Source of the DNA: Oligoflexia bacterium
GTDB taxonomy: Bacteria; Bdellovibrionota; Bdellovibrionia; JABDDW01
Direction: 5' to 3'
Assembly: GCA_020847095.1 (NCBI GenBank)
Contig: JADLCR010000088.1
Span: 46,871-110,870, forward strand
Length of the DNA: 64,000 nucleotides
Position numbers and translations under genes: made by a program. Positions 53,130-63,956 of this stretch are shown here, piece after piece (positions within the stretch are counted from its first letter, which is position 1; every line of letters begins with the position of its first letter). The notes below the pieces were generated by a model that saw only the letters and a program-made list of their open reading frames with translations, did no database searches and had not been told where the DNA came from.

Positions 53130-53130
53130 G

Positions 53131-54375
53131 TCAGTTCCACGTCAGTGGCCGAACCTGACCAATTGGATCACCCAGCTCTACGATGAAGGCTGCTCCTAAA
53201 GCGACGAATTTCATCGCGTGTGGAACGCTAATATTCGCCATGACATCTCGGTCGGTATGGAGCGTTCGGTTCATGTTGTTGAACGACGCTTCAAACGGAA
53301 AAGCCGCAGGATAACCGGCACGGTGCCATGAAGCGTGATCGCTGCAGGCGTAACCACAGCTAGTCTGTCCAATCCGATCAGGAGTAATTCCCAAGTATTT
53401 CTGAGCGAGAACAGATAAGAATCGAGTTAAATCGGGATTCACATTGTCCGTAATCAGAAATAATTCTTGGGGATCCCGAGGAGAGTCAAAGCCCGTCATG
53501 TCATATTGCAGAACACCCTTGAGGGTAATACGCCGAGCTTCAAACTCTTTCACGACCCTTTGAGATCCTACAAGACCCCGCTCTTCTGCGGCGTAGAATG
53601 CAAAATAAATGTCTCTTTTAAACTTCAGTCCGCTGCTGACCGTAGCCGTTAAAAGTTCGAGAACCGTTGTGGTCCCGCTTCCGTCGTCGTCAGCTCCTGG
53701 CTTTTTCTCAAACGTATCCATGTGTCCGCCCAAGAGAACACCCGGTTCTTTTGGATCAGCTCCTGGCAATCGGATAACAACCGAATCCTGCTTGTATCCA
53801 CCGCCTGTTGGAATATTGATGACCTGAATGTCATTGCGACCAACCTGAGCGCCAAGCTGCTGGGCAAATTGACCAAGCCAAAGAGAAAATTTCTTGCCTG
53901 ATTCTGTATAAGCAGAACGATCCTCAAAATTTGCGATAATACCGTTCAGCGTTTGAGCCCAGCGATCGGCACTCAATCCAGAAAGCATCCGCTTTACTTC
54001 GTTAGGATACTGAGGTGCGCGCGGTTCAAAGCGAGAAATAATACTGGGACCATGCGCTTGCCATTCAAGAGCTTGGGCTAAAGTCATTCCCCTTTGCTCG
54101 GCTTGAACTTGGATATCGGAAAACCCCCCGCAAATACCCACCCGGTGGTGAATCTCTTCACTCAACGACTGAACCTCTTCTGGAGTCAGTCGCAAAAGTG
54201 AAAATCCTGGAGTGACAGCCAGTGGAGCTAGGGCCAAAGACCGCCCTTGAATCATGGCCAAATATTGATTGGGAACCATGTAAAAGCGTCCCTGCGGTGC
54301 ATTGGTGAATCCCAACTGCAAGCAACTTATTAAAATGACTGATGAAAACAGAACTCGTGTCAGTGTTTTCTTCAT
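53131..54375 (-). CDS. secreted M28 family zinc aminopeptidase
   Basis: GGHMDTF...DDDGSGTTTVLELL and AAEE motifs. Signal peptide. Confidence 0.85.
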   Translation of the reverse strand: MKKTLTRVLFSSVILISCLQLGFTNAPQGRFYMVPNQYLAMIQGRSLALAPLAVTPGFSLLRLTPEEVQSLSEEIHHRVGICGGFSDIQVQAEQRGMTLAQALEWQAHGPSIISRFEPRAPQYPNEVKRMLSGLSADRWAQTLNGIIANFEDRSAYTESGKKFSLWLGQFAQQLGAQVGRNDIQVINIPTGGGYKQDSVVIRLPGADPKEPGVLLGGHMDTFEKKPGADDDGSGTTTVLELLTATVSSGLKFKRDIYFAFYAAEERGLVGSQRVVKEFEARRITLKGVLQYDMTGFDSPRDPQELFLITDNVNPDLTRFLSVLAQKYLGITPDRIGQTSCGYACSDHASWHRAGYPAAFPFEASFNNMNRTLHTDRDVMANISVPHAMKFVALGAAFIVELGDPIGQVRPLTWN

Positions 54376-54495
54376 TAGATATTCCCCCTATTTATAGAGC
54401 AAATCAGCACGACTAAAGTCGGTCAATGAAATCTTTAAAAGAAATTGCATTTGCCTTGTGAGTGCCTTAAATAGAACTGAATTAGTACTATATTC

Positions 54496-54513
54496 GGACT
54501 CAACGGAAAGTCC
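54496..54513 (+). promoter_or_regulatory. candidate Rrf2 operator GGACT-N8-AGTCC upstream of the rrf2-suf operon
   Basis: Perfect 5-bp inverted repeat 12 nt upstream of the rrf2 ATG. A TAGTACTA palindrome and a TATATT -10-like hexamer lie just upstream. Confidence 0.35.
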
Positions 54514-54524
54514 TTGGAGCCCCT

Positions 54525-54977
54525 TTGTTAAGATTAAGTAAACTCACCGATTATGGAATTGTCCTGCTCACGCATTTTGCCAAAGACAGCGAATCGGTTT
54601 TGACATCAACGGACCTCGCAGAACGCACTCGAGTTCCCCTGCCTACGGTAGGAAAGCTTCTAAAGCTTCTGACCAAAGGCGAAATATTGGTTAGTCACCG
54701 GGGCAGCCTTGGGGGATATAAACTTTCGCGCGAACCTAGAGCAATTAGCGTTCATCAAGTAATTCATGCGCTTGAAGGGGCTCCACAGCTCACCGATTGT
54801 AGCGTTGGAGAATCTGGAAATTGCGATCTTGAAGGTGGATGCCCGGTTCAAGGACATTGGACAAAGCTCAATCTCGCTATTCGCAAGTCACTGGAAAACC
54901 TCACTCTTGAGGACCTCACCCAACCCCATGCACCGCGATTGGAAGTAATCAATGAGCAAAACACCATCGGCCATTAA
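54525..54977 (+). CDS. Rrf2 family transcriptional regulator (IscR/SufR-like)
   Basis: N-terminal [15 protein letters not shown] wHTH and the Cys cluster [15 protein letters not shown]. Directly precedes sufB. Confidence 0.85.
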   Translation: MLRLSKLTDYGIVLLTHFAKDSESVLTSTDLAERTRVPLPTVGKLLKLLTKGEILVSHRGSLGGYKLSREPRAISVHQVIHALEGAPQLTDCSVGESGNCDLEGGCPVQGHWTKLNLAIRKSLENLTLEDLTQPHAPRLEVINEQNTIGH

Positions 54978-56400
54978 AGATTTAACAGAAAAAGAATATC
55001 AGTATGGATTTGTCACGGCTCTAGATCAAGAAGTGATCAAGAAAGGGCTTAGTGAAGACGTTGTTCGTCTGATCTCTTCAAAAAAAAATGAACCAGAGTT
55101 TTTGTTGAATTGGAGACTCAAAGCCTATCGCCATTGGCTGACCATGACTGAACCAAATTGGTCGCAGGTGAAATATCCTAAAATTGATTATCAAGACATT
55201 ATTTATTATGCGGCTCCGAAAACAAAAAAAGACGGCCCAAAATCTCTCGACGAAATCGACCCCGAAGTACGAAAAATGTTCGATAAGTTGGGTATTTCGC
55301 TTGAAGAGCAAAAAAGACTTTCGGGAGTCGCAGTTGATGCTGTGGTTGACAGCGTGTCGGTGGCCACAACTTTTAAATCAAAATTAGCTGAGTTGGGTAT
55401 TGTGTTTTGTTCATTTTCTGAGGCGGTTCATAGCCACCCAGATTTGATTAAGAAATATTTGGGAACCGTCGTCCCATACACTGACAATTATTTTGTAGCC
55501 CTAAATTCTGCCGTTTTTAGTGATGGATCGTTTTGTTTTATTCCGAAGGGCGTTCGATGCCCGATGGAGCTTTCCACTTACTTCAGAATTAATGCCGCTG
55601 ATACTGGTCAATTTGAACGAACCCTCATCGTGGCCGAAGAGGGAAGCTACGTCAGCTACCTTGAGGGTTGCACAGCTCCCCGCCGAGACAAAAATCAACT
55701 TCATGCCGCGGTGGTTGAACTCGTCGCCCTCGATAATGCCGAAATCAAATACTCCACTGTTCAAAATTGGTACCCCGGAGATAAAGAAGGCAAGGGCGGA
55801 ATCTACAACTTTGTTACAAAACGCGGAATTTGCCGAGGCCACAAATCGAAGATTTCATGGACGCAGGTTGAAACCGGTTCAGCTATTACTTGGAAATACC
55901 CAAGCGTCATTTTGAAAGGCGATAATTCTGTCGGAGAATTTTATTCGGTTGCGCTGACAAACAATTACCAGCAGGCGGATACCGGAACAAAAATGATCCA
56001 CTTAGGCAAAAACACGTCATCAACTATAATCTCCAAAGGAATTTCAGCAGGTCGCGGTCAAAATACTTATCGAGGCCTGGTGCAAATTCAAAAAACCGCG
56101 ACCAACTCAAGAAACTACACTCAGTGTGATTCGCTCTTAATAGGTGATCGTTGCGGAGCTCACACGTTTCCTTACATCGAAGTCAAAAATTCGGGCTCCC
56201 AAGTAGAGCACGAGGCTTCAACTTCAAAAATTGGAGAAGATCAGATTTTTTATTGCAAGAGCCGCGGACTCTCTGAAGAAGACGCCGTGTCTCTCATTGT
56301 CAACGGATTTTGCAAAGACGTATTTAAGAAATTACCTATGGAATTTGCCGTAGAGGCTCAAAAGTTACTAGGCGTCAGCCTGGAGGGAAGCATTGGATAA
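54952..56400 (+). CDS. sufB: Fe-S cluster assembly protein SufB
   Basis: 482-aa SufB/SufD-family beta-helix sequence. First suf gene. Confidence 0.93.
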   Translation: MSKTPSAIKDLTEKEYQYGFVTALDQEVIKKGLSEDVVRLISSKKNEPEFLLNWRLKAYRHWLTMTEPNWSQVKYPKIDYQDIIYYAAPKTKKDGPKSLDEIDPEVRKMFDKLGISLEEQKRLSGVAVDAVVDSVSVATTFKSKLAELGIVFCSFSEAVHSHPDLIKKYLGTVVPYTDNYFVALNSAVFSDGSFCFIPKGVRCPMELSTYFRINAADTGQFERTLIVAEEGSYVSYLEGCTAPRRDKNQLHAAVVELVALDNAEIKYSTVQNWYPGDKEGKGGIYNFVTKRGICRGHKSKISWTQVETGSAITWKYPSVILKGDNSVGEFYSVALTNNYQQADTGTKMIHLGKNTSSTIISKGISAGRGQNTYRGLVQIQKTATNSRNYTQCDSLLIGDRCGAHTFPYIEVKNSGSQVEHEASTSKIGEDQIFYCKSRGLSEEDAVSLIVNGFCKDVFKKLPMEFAVEAQKLLGVSLEGSIG

Positions 56401-57157
56401 TCTAATTCTAAAAATCGAAAACCTAAATGTGAATGTCGCAGACCGCGCCATTTTGAATGGATTAAATCTCGAAGTCCGATCAGGTGAAGTTCACGCTATA
56501 ATGGGCCCCAACGGTTCAGGGAAAAGCACTTTGGCGTCGGTTCTTGCCGGAAGAGACTCGTACACGATCACTGGTGGATCCATTACTTATATGGGACAGG
56601 ATTTGACCACCATGGCCGCAGAAGACCGGGCAAGAAATGGAATTTTCTTGGGCTTTCAGTATCCGGTTGAAATTCCGGGGGTGGGTAACACCTATTTTCT
56701 CAAAGCCGCGCTCAATGCGATTCGCAAACACCGTGGCGAAAAAGAACTCGATGCTATGGAGTTCCTTAAAGTCGCAAAAGAGAAAATGAAAATTGTTCAA
56801 ATGGATCAAAAGCTCATGGAGCGCGCCGTTAACCAAGGCTTTTCGGGTGGCGAGAAGAAAAGAAATGAAATTTTCCAAATGAGCGTGCTTGAACCACGCC
56901 TTGCCATTCTCGATGAAACTGACTCAGGACTGGACATTGACGCTCTTCGCATTGTGGCCAACGGGGTCAACTCATTGCGCTCAAAAGATCGAGCAATCGT
57001 TCTCATCACCCATTATCAACGACTCTTGGATTACATCGTACCCGACCATGTTCATGTGTTAGCCGGAGGGCGAATCATTAAGTCAGGTAGCAGAGATCTC
57101 GCGTCCGAACTCGAAAAAACAGGCTACGAAGCCGTTGTGGCGGGAGCTGGACGATGA
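56393..57157 (+). CDS. sufC: Fe-S cluster assembly ATPase SufC
   Basis: Walker [10 protein letters not shown] and ABC signature FSGGEKKR. Confidence 0.93.
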   Translation: MDNLILKIENLNVNVADRAILNGLNLEVRSGEVHAIMGPNGSGKSTLASVLAGRDSYTITGGSITYMGQDLTTMAAEDRARNGIFLGFQYPVEIPGVGNTYFLKAALNAIRKHRGEKELDAMEFLKVAKEKMKIVQMDQKLMERAVNQGFSGGEKKRNEIFQMSVLEPRLAILDETDSGLDIDALRIVANGVNSLRSKDRAIVLITHYQRLLDYIVPDHVHVLAGGRIIKSGSRDLASELEKTGYEAVVAGAGR

Positions 57158-58437
57158 GTTGGGCAGCTCAAATTGAGCAACACTCCCGGTCATCAAAAGC
57201 CAACTGGTTAAAAAATTTGCGCCAGCATGCTCTAAATGAATTTAATTCTAAAGGGTTACCCACGCGGCATATGGAACCATGGAAGCATACTAAACTGTCC
57301 CTGATTCCGTCGAATCCCTTGCAATGGCCGCAACAAAAAACAGAACTACTCGGTTTTGGACTAAAACTAGAGCCAAAGAAAATTCTGGATCATGTTTTAA
57401 AAGGCCTCGACTGCTATTTGGTGACATTCGTTGACGGACATATCAATGAGTCCCTGTCAAACTTCCCCAAGGATCAAGGAGTACAGTTTTCTTCAATCGG
57501 ACACCTAAGCGACGAAGATGTGGTCAGCTTTAAGACCAAGTCTTCTCAACACGGAGTTCATTCTATCAATGCAGCGCTTTTTCAAACTGGAATTTTTCTT
57601 AAGCTTGATAAAAACGCGGTTCTTACGAAGCCCTTTGTTCTTTTTCATTTAAGCTCGGAGAACAAGTCCCCAACGATGAAACATTTGCGGCATTTCATTG
57701 TGGCCGGCGAGAAATCTCAAGCAACCATTATTGAATTTCACATGGGGTTTAATTCAAATGACGAGTTTGAAACAAGTTACCTCAACTTAGTTGCTCAACC
57801 GGATTCTAATATTCTGCACTTCAAGATCCAAGAGGCGAGCATGTCGTCGACTCATATGGGCACATTGGACGCTAAACTCGAAGCTGGCGCAGTGCTCAGA
57901 AGCTATCTCCTCAACTGGGGCGGCCGCCTGGCGCGACAAGAATACTATGTGGCCCTAGATGGAAAAGGGGCAGATTGCTCACTTAAAGGACTTTTTTTCG
58001 GAAAGAACGAGCAAAACTCAGAGGTCATTATTGATCTTCAACATAACTCTTCAAATACCAAGAGCGAACAGAACTTCAAAGGCGTCCTTGAAGACAAGGC
58101 CCACGGAGTTTTTTATGGCAAAATTCTTGTGCAAAAGGACGCTCAGAAAATCAATGCTGACCAAAGCAACAAGAATATTCTATTGAGCGACGACGCCATC
58201 GTTAACACAAGACCCCAGTTAGAAATTTACGCTGACGACGTGAAGTGCAGTCACGGTGCAACGATTGGCCGCCTCGACGAAGGCGCGCTTTTTTACTTGA
58301 GAAGCCGCGGAATTGGGAAGAAAGAAGCAGAACATATGTTGCTCCTTGGCTTTGCTGAAGAAATATTAATTGATATCGATCAAAAATTAATCCCAATCAA
58401 AGACCGCCTTCATCACTTACTTGAGGCGACATTATGA
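57154..58437 (+). CDS. sufD: Fe-S cluster assembly protein SufD
   Basis: Length 427 aa. C-terminal SufBD signature region. Overlaps sufC and sufS. Confidence 0.85.
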   Translation: MSWAAQIEQHSRSSKANWLKNLRQHALNEFNSKGLPTRHMEPWKHTKLSLIPSNPLQWPQQKTELLGFGLKLEPKKILDHVLKGLDCYLVTFVDGHINESLSNFPKDQGVQFSSIGHLSDEDVVSFKTKSSQHGVHSINAALFQTGIFLKLDKNAVLTKPFVLFHLSSENKSPTMKHLRHFIVAGEKSQATIIEFHMGFNSNDEFETSYLNLVAQPDSNILHFKIQEASMSSTHMGTLDAKLEAGAVLRSYLLNWGGRLARQEYYVALDGKGADCSLKGLFFGKNEQNSEVIIDLQHNSSNTKSEQNFKGVLEDKAHGVFYGKILVQKDAQKINADQSNKNILLSDDAIVNTRPQLEIYADDVKCSHGATIGRLDEGALFYLRSRGIGKKEAEHMLLLGFAEEILIDIDQKLIPIKDRLHHLLEATL

Positions 58438-59657
58438 GTTTTGACGTCAACAAATTGAGGTCTCAATTTCCGATACTTGCGACTTCAGCAAGAGGGCGCC
58501 CGCTAGTTTATTTGGACAATGCGGCTACCACTCAAAAGCCATTGAGAGTTATCGAAGCTTGTCAAAACTATTATTTGAAAACTAATGCCAACGTTCATCG
58601 GGGAGTTCATTACCTCTCAGAGAAGGCCACTCAAGAATACGAAGACGTACGAAAAAAACTTACCAAGTTTATCAATGCTTCAAGTCACGAGGAAATCATC
58701 TTCGTAAGAGGCACCACTGAGGCTATTAATCTGATCGCAAGCAGTTTCGGGTCAGCCTTTTTAAAAACTGGTGACGAAATACTGATTACGGCTATGGAAC
58801 ACCACTCCAATATTGTTCCATGGCAGTTGGCTTGCCAAAAAGCAGGAGCAAAATTAGTCGTTGCTCCAATCACCAAACGAGGAGAGGTCGACGTCGCAAA
58901 GTTCAAAGAACTTTTAAGTCAGAAAACTCGGCTCGTGTCGTTTGTTCACCTTTCAAACGCATTAGGAACCCTAAACGACGCTCAAACACTCACTCGCTGG
59001 GCCAAAGAAATTGGTGCCCTCGTCCATATTGATTGCGCCCAATCCGTGAGTCACTTACCTGTCGATGTTCAAAATCTCGGCTGTGACTTCATTTCCTTTT
59101 CGTCTCATAAGATGTACGGACCAACAGGCGTTGGAGTTTTGTGGGGACGAAAGGATATTTTGAATAAATTGCCTCCGTATCAAGGTGGAGGCGATATGAT
59201 TCGAACTGTCACCTTCGAAAAAACTGAGTACGCCGATCTTCCACATAAATTTGAAGCTGGCACGCCGAACATTGAGGGAGTGATCGGGCTTGGCGCGGCC
59301 ATTGATTTCTTAAATGAAGTCGATCTCAAAAATATTCACGAGTATGAATCGGAACTTCTCAAAACGGCCATTATGAAGCTCTCAAAGGTTCCTGGGCTTC
59401 GATTTATTGGAGAGGCCGAATCTCGAGCCAGCGTCATCTCTTTTGTGCTCGAAGGAGTTCATCCCCACGACATCGGGACTATTGTGGACCAGCAGGGCGT
59501 CGCGATTAGAACAGGTCATCATTGTGCTCAACCGGTGATGGACTTCTTTGAAGTTCCGGCAACTTGCCGCGCATCCTTAGGCCTTTACAATACCGCAAGT
59601 GATATCGATTCACTGGTTGAAGCTCTTTTAACAGTCAGAAAGGTTTTCCGACGATGA
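58434..59657 (+). CDS. sufS: cysteine desulfurase SufS
   Basis: PLP-lysine motif SFSSHKMYGPTG and catalytic Cys region RTGHHCAQP. Confidence 0.92.
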   Translation: MSFDVNKLRSQFPILATSARGRPLVYLDNAATTQKPLRVIEACQNYYLKTNANVHRGVHYLSEKATQEYEDVRKKLTKFINASSHEEIIFVRGTTEAINLIASSFGSAFLKTGDEILITAMEHHSNIVPWQLACQKAGAKLVVAPITKRGEVDVAKFKELLSQKTRLVSFVHLSNALGTLNDAQTLTRWAKEIGALVHIDCAQSVSHLPVDVQNLGCDFISFSSHKMYGPTGVGVLWGRKDILNKLPPYQGGGDMIRTVTFEKTEYADLPHKFEAGTPNIEGVIGLGAAIDFLNEVDLKNIHEYESELLKTAIMKLSKVPGLRFIGEAESRASVISFVLEGVHPHDIGTIVDQQGVAIRTGHHCAQPVMDFFEVPATCRASLGLYNTASDIDSLVEALLTVRKVFRR

Positions 59658-60112
59658 GTCTAAGAGAGCTTTACCAAGAGGTTATTGTAGATCACTCCCA
59701 AAATCCTAGAAATTTTGGAGTGCTCGAGCGAGCCCAATACCAAGGGAACGGCCACAATCCGCTTTGTGGCGATCGCCTGACTGTCTTTTTAAATTTCAAA
59801 GACGACAAAGTTTCGGAAATAAAGTTTCAAGGGTCCGGCTGTGCTATCTCGACGGCTTCAGCTTCGATGATGAGCGAATCTCTTTTGGGACTTACAAAGA
59901 CACAAATCGAAAGTCTATTTGATAAATTTCACAAACTTGTGACCAGTAGCCTTGACGGTGGCAACGATTCAAACGATTCCGGAGATCTTGGAAAACTGGA
60001 GGTCTTTGCTGGAGTCGGTGAATTTCCGGCAAGAGTAAAGTGCGCCACTTTAGCTTGGCATACAGTGATGTCGGCAATTAAAGGGGCTCGGGAAGTAGCA
60101 AAAACGGAGTAA
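59654..60112 (+). CDS. sufU: SUF sulfur-transfer/scaffold protein SufU (IscU-like)
   Basis: CGD, GSGCAIS and a third Cys in KCATLAWH. Confidence 0.85.
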   Translation: MSLRELYQEVIVDHSQNPRNFGVLERAQYQGNGHNPLCGDRLTVFLNFKDDKVSEIKFQGSGCAISTASASMMSESLLGLTKTQIESLFDKFHKLVTSSLDGGNDSNDSGDLGKLEVFAGVGEFPARVKCATLAWHTVMSAIKGAREVAKTE

Positions 60113-60115
60113 AAA

Positions 60116-60664
60116 ATGACTAGAGAAACTGTGAAACTAACTCGAGATTGCGAGGCCACCCAAATTCCTAGTGGAGTTAAAGTTCGTCTTCAAGAATCCA
60201 CCGAAGTGACGATCACTCAAAGCCTCGGAGGCTCGTATACAGTCCTCGTAGAAGATGGATTTTTGGCGCGCATCGGAGCCGAAGACGCCGATGCTCTAGG
60301 CAAAGAAGTAGCTTCAATTGGAGTTACTGGAGACTCAAATGAGGTCACCAAAGAAAGTGTAGAGACCCAAGTTTGGGATCGCCTTAAAACCTGTTATGAT
60401 CCAGAAATTCCCGTCAACATCGTGGAATTGGGGCTCATTTATAACTGTTCCATCAAGCCCCTGGAAGATGGCTTCGAGGCGTTTATCGAAATGACCTTGA
60501 CGGCTCCAGGATGCGGAATGGGCCCGACTCTACAACTAGAAATTGAAGATAAGATTAGAAAAATTCCTGGAATTAAGAAGGCTCAAGTCATGCTTGTTTG
60601 GGATCCGCCGTGGGACCAAAGCATGATGTCCGAAGCCGCCCGTTTGCAATTGGGCTTCTTCTAG
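60116..60664 (+). CDS. sufT: DUF59/MIP18-family Fe-S assembly protein (SufT-like)
   Basis: C-terminal DUF59 core (DPEIPVNIVELGLIY...TAPGCGMG). Confidence 0.75.
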   Translation: MTRETVKLTRDCEATQIPSGVKVRLQESTEVTITQSLGGSYTVLVEDGFLARIGAEDADALGKEVASIGVTGDSNEVTKESVETQVWDRLKTCYDPEIPVNIVELGLIYNCSIKPLEDGFEAFIEMTLTAPGCGMGPTLQLEIEDKIRKIPGIKKAQVMLVWDPPWDQSMMSEAARLQLGFF

Positions 60665-60827
60665 ATTTTATCCGCTGACATTGGTCACATTGGCAAATGC
60701 GTAGACAGTGGACGTGCCCCTCAAAACGGCGTAAGTCCATGTATCTTGTAAGAATACGACGGGCACGGTATTTGTAATGTCCCCTTTGTTATAATAAGAA
60801 ATCGCTTTTACTTTTCATGAGGTAACT

Positions 60828-61202
60828 ATGAAATCTGGCCTTATTGTTCTACTTATGATTCTTATTTCTGGCGCTGACGCGGTGGCCAGCGTTAAAGCTG
60901 CCATTGTTCTAATCAATTACTCTTCAGACCATGGCGGTGGTGCCACAGTCATTAAAGAAAACACCAAACTGCCGTACAATATGATTCTCGGCGGAAAGAC
61001 TTGCTATTTTCTGGATGCCAAAGAAAAGGTTCAGGGCACCTTGGAAAGAATGATTCGAAATCATCAGTTTGCAAATGACGCAAAAACAACTGTTGCCGTC
61101 ACTTTTAGCGAATTCGCCGCCAATCGGCAAGTAGCGACTGTCGTCATTCAAAATAACTCAGAAAGCATCACACTTGAATTTGAGCCCTGTGAACTCAATT
61201 AA
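60828..61202 (+). CDS. hypothetical secreted protein
   Basis: Signal peptide MKSGLIVLLMILISGADA. Confidence 0.45.
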   Translation: MKSGLIVLLMILISGADAVASVKAAIVLINYSSDHGGGATVIKENTKLPYNMILGGKTCYFLDAKEKVQGTLERMIRNHQFANDAKTTVAVTFSEFAANRQVATVVIQNNSESITLEFEPCELN

Positions 61203-61205
61203 TGA

Positions 61206-61847
61206 TTAAAGGCTAAATTCAAAATAGTCTGATGCATCGGTGCCTTCGCAAGTATAGACGCGAAATCCATGTTCATCACGCAGATCCGAATGCGGTTTTG
61301 CTGTAACTCTATGAGTGCCGCCGGTGAGCGGGCCTACTTTTATTAAGAATGGATTGCGGTTCATATTCCATGCCTGTGATGTCCCACTATAAGCAATTGA
61401 CGGTCCTCTCGGATCTTCGCAATGTCTGCCGCCACAAGAATCGTGTTCGGCATTGCAGGGGCCACCGCGCGTGTCACCATCAAAACGCTGAAACCGAGGA
61501 GTTGTGTCGATAACTACGTACCCACCGACCACAGGTTTCTCAACTGGCTGGTTATTCCCATCCATCACATTGAGAAACCCTTGGCTAACTCCCCATTTGA
61601 TCAAGCATGGGCAGGCGATCGGCGTAGAGCTCGGTGTCGGTGTCGCTGATGCGCTGACCGTTGGTGAGGGCAATGGTGTCAAAGTTGGCTGCGGAGATGG
61701 TGAAATTTGTTGAGTGCCATTTGACTGATTCTTGATTTCCGCCGGCAATTTAAAAGTAGAATCCTGGGCGCACCCCGAGCTCACAACAATTGCTACCAAA
61801 CCAATAGCAAATAAGATGACTGAATTGATATCCCATTTTCTTTCCAT
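61206..61847 (-). CDS. hypothetical secreted protein with Pro/Thr/Ser linker and Cys-rich C-terminal domain
   Basis: Signal peptide followed by SGCAQ. PT-rich linker. Ten Cys. Confidence 0.5.
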   Translation of the reverse strand: MERKWDINSVILFAIGLVAIVVSSGCAQDSTFKLPAEIKNQSNGTQQISPSPQPTLTPLPSPTVSASATPTPSSTPIACPCLIKWGVSQGFLNVMDGNNQPVEKPVVGGYVVIDTTPRFQRFDGDTRGGPCNAEHDSCGGRHCEDPRGPSIAYSGTSQAWNMNRNPFLIKVGPLTGGTHRVTAKPHSDLRDEHGFRVYTCEGTDASDYFEFSL

Positions 61848-62063
61848 ATAAACTACCCCTCAACGTGAGGAGCTACAAGAACCGAACCAAATTATGGCCC
61901 CAAGGGACCAGCAGGTGCGACCAGAGACACTTAATTTTTTAACGTGCTGTTAATTTTTAAGACATTATTGGGCAATACAGATCGTGAGCCGCAAGTTCTT
62001 GTGAATCTACGAGAGGATGTGCAATGATCGATTTTTCGTCTAAATTCGCGACGCAACAGAATC

Positions 62064-63206
62064 TTAGACGTAAACGCCTTTTTTGATTTTTTCTACAATG
62101 ATCTTCTCGGGCATGATTGGATCTCGTGGATTTACAGTGAATAGGGCTTGCTGTTCGCAACGTCTCTTATTTTTCAGCAACCACTTAAGAATTTCCGAGA
62201 CCTCTTTATTTTTCTTATCTTTAAAGAAAGGGTCATTTTTAAGTGCGTCGTCGGCTTTCTTAAGCGCTCGCACCTCTTGAATGTCGTTTTCTTTGACTGG
62301 GTAATCACTGAGATCATACTTCTTGATGTCTTCAGGTAACACGCCCAAAAAGCGAACTTCTGGAGCCGAAAAATCTGAATTTCTAATCAAGCTCGAGGCA
62401 GATCCGGCTTTCAACGTTCGATAAATATTCTGCATGGTGTACGCGTCAAGATCTCCGAAAAAATAAATTGGAATCCGCAGCTCTTCTTGAATCAATCTCG
62501 ACCAACCGCGAACAGCATTACTAGGCACCCCTTGGGCACCCATTAAGATGGCATTGTTGCGCTTACAAAAGCCATTAGCCACCAATGTATTTGCGGTACC
62601 CTCAGATTCAACGATTAGACAAAAATCGATTTTCTTCTTGGCCTTGAGTTTCAAACTCTGTGGGCGATTCTTCGGCTGAAATGGCGTCGTCCCTAAGGTA
62701 CTTAAGTCGACGACCGCTTTGTCGCCATCTGGAAGCGTCTCTGTAACAACCAACTGTTGCGAATAGGTTTGACCGCCTCGATCATTGGCATAGCAATTGA
62801 GATCTTCGCGGTAACACTCCATCATCTCGCAAATAAAATCGATAATAGAATCACTCTCATCTTGGTCGGCGAAATCCAATGGTTTCAATTCGGGGTTATG
62901 TTTAATTTCACCTTTAGAAATGTAGTACAACTCTCTTTTGGTGTTCACAGCTCCGGTCTCAATGTTTCGAAGCAGGATCTCTAGCATAAAAATCGCCCGA
63001 GACATTTTTTGGACCGACGAAACATTCAGTTCCGTTCGGACCTTCTTCGGGCCGGGTGTTAGGTAGCCGCGTTTAAAATCATAGCGGCTGTTGTCGAGAG
63101 AGCACTTAGTTGCTTCAAGAACAGGCCTTCGAGCGTTTTCTAAATCGCGCAAAAGCATTGTGCAAAGTTCTTTAGATACCTTAACGACGTGTTCACCACG
63201 AGCCAT
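62064..63206 (-). CDS. top6A: type IIB DNA topoisomerase VI subunit A (Spo11/Top6A family)
   Basis: Catalytic-Tyr motif TKRELYYIS in the 5Y-CAP region. Toprim Glu LIVESEG and DxD YFFGDLD. Length 380 aa. Confidence 0.85.
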   Translation of the reverse strand: MARGEHVVKVSKELCTMLLRDLENARRPVLEATKCSLDNSRYDFKRGYLTPGPKKVRTELNVSSVQKMSRAIFMLEILLRNIETGAVNTKRELYYISKGEIKHNPELKPLDFADQDESDSIIDFICEMMECYREDLNCYANDRGGQTYSQQLVVTETLPDGDKAVVDLSTLGTTPFQPKNRPQSLKLKAKKKIDFCLIVESEGTANTLVANGFCKRNNAILMGAQGVPSNAVRGWSRLIQEELRIPIYFFGDLDAYTMQNIYRTLKAGSASSLIRNSDFSAPEVRFLGVLPEDIKKYDLSDYPVKENDIQEVRALKKADDALKNDPFFKDKKNKEVSEILKWLLKNKRRCEQQALFTVNPRDPIMPEKIIVEKIKKGVYV

Positions 63207-63218
63207 GATTCACTCCTC

Positions 63219-63956
63219 TTACGCGCTTTTCTCAGCTTGTTTTGATTTTTTCTTTGATGTGGAAACTTTTTTACCAACAGCCTTTTTGGCGACCTTTTTG
63301 GCGGCTTTTTTGCCGGTGGGCTTAGTTTCTACGACTTCGGCATTTTCATCCGCCTCAGTCGGAAGCTCTTGGGCCTCATCGCCTGATTCACCTAAGATCT
63401 TCTTTTGCTTAGCCGCAAGCTCTTCTTTCCCGATCATTGCAACTTTCAGCTCTTTTTCGGCCTCTCGACTTTCTCTACCCAAAAGCTTCATCAAACCTTC
63501 GGTAGCTTTCTTTTTACGAGCTTCGGGAGCCCCTAAGATGCGACAAACCCCGCCCACTAGAATTGGGCCAAATTGCTCGATATGCCGAATCTTGTTTTCC
63601 AAGTCGATAGCCCGGGCTTCTGCTCTTATATGTCTCGATAATTTTTGACCTGCCTGTATTAACGCCAGTCTTAGCTCATCAACAAGTTCATCTGAAGCAT
63701 CCACGGTCTCTTTAGATGCATTTTTAAACTTAATAAAGGGCGACACCAAACTCACGGCAATGACATATGGGCCTAAAGGCAACGAATCTTTCGGCTGTCC
63801 CAGCCCATAGGTTTTCCAATTAACACTTTCAATGGCCTTCACTATGGCACATCCGGATTTATCGAACTGAAGAGGAACCCGATTCGCAAAGCGAAGAACC
63901 TGCACAGAAGAATCAGAATGTTCTTGGCTCCGTTCTTGTAGCCTCGCCACGGCCAC
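63219..63956 (-). CDS. top6B: DNA topoisomerase VI subunit B, C-terminal transducer domain plus Lys/Ala-rich tail; N-terminal part not in this ORF
   Basis: VQVLRFANRVPLQFDKSGCAIVKAI...NWKTYGL matches the Top6B transducer region. The ORF begins at GTG. An in-frame stop lies at 63972-63974. The N-terminal GHKL/H2TH part must be upstream and in another frame. Confidence 0.72.
   Translation of the reverse strand: MAVARLQERSQEHSDSSVQVLRFANRVPLQFDKSGCAIVKAIESVNWKTYGLGQPKDSLPLGPYVIAVSLVSPFIKFKNASKETVDASDELVDELRLALIQAGQKLSRHIRAEARAIDLENKIRHIEQFGPILVGGVCRILGAPEARKKKATEGLMKLLGRESREAEKELKVAMIGKEELAAKQKKILGESGDEAQELPTEADENAEVVETKPTGKKAAKKVAKKAVGKKVSTSKKKSKQAEKSA

Noticed and set aside
60665-60827. ACATTGG direct repeats and an imperfect inverted repeat downstream of sufT
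   Set aside because: Too short and degenerate to call a terminator or operator with any confidence.
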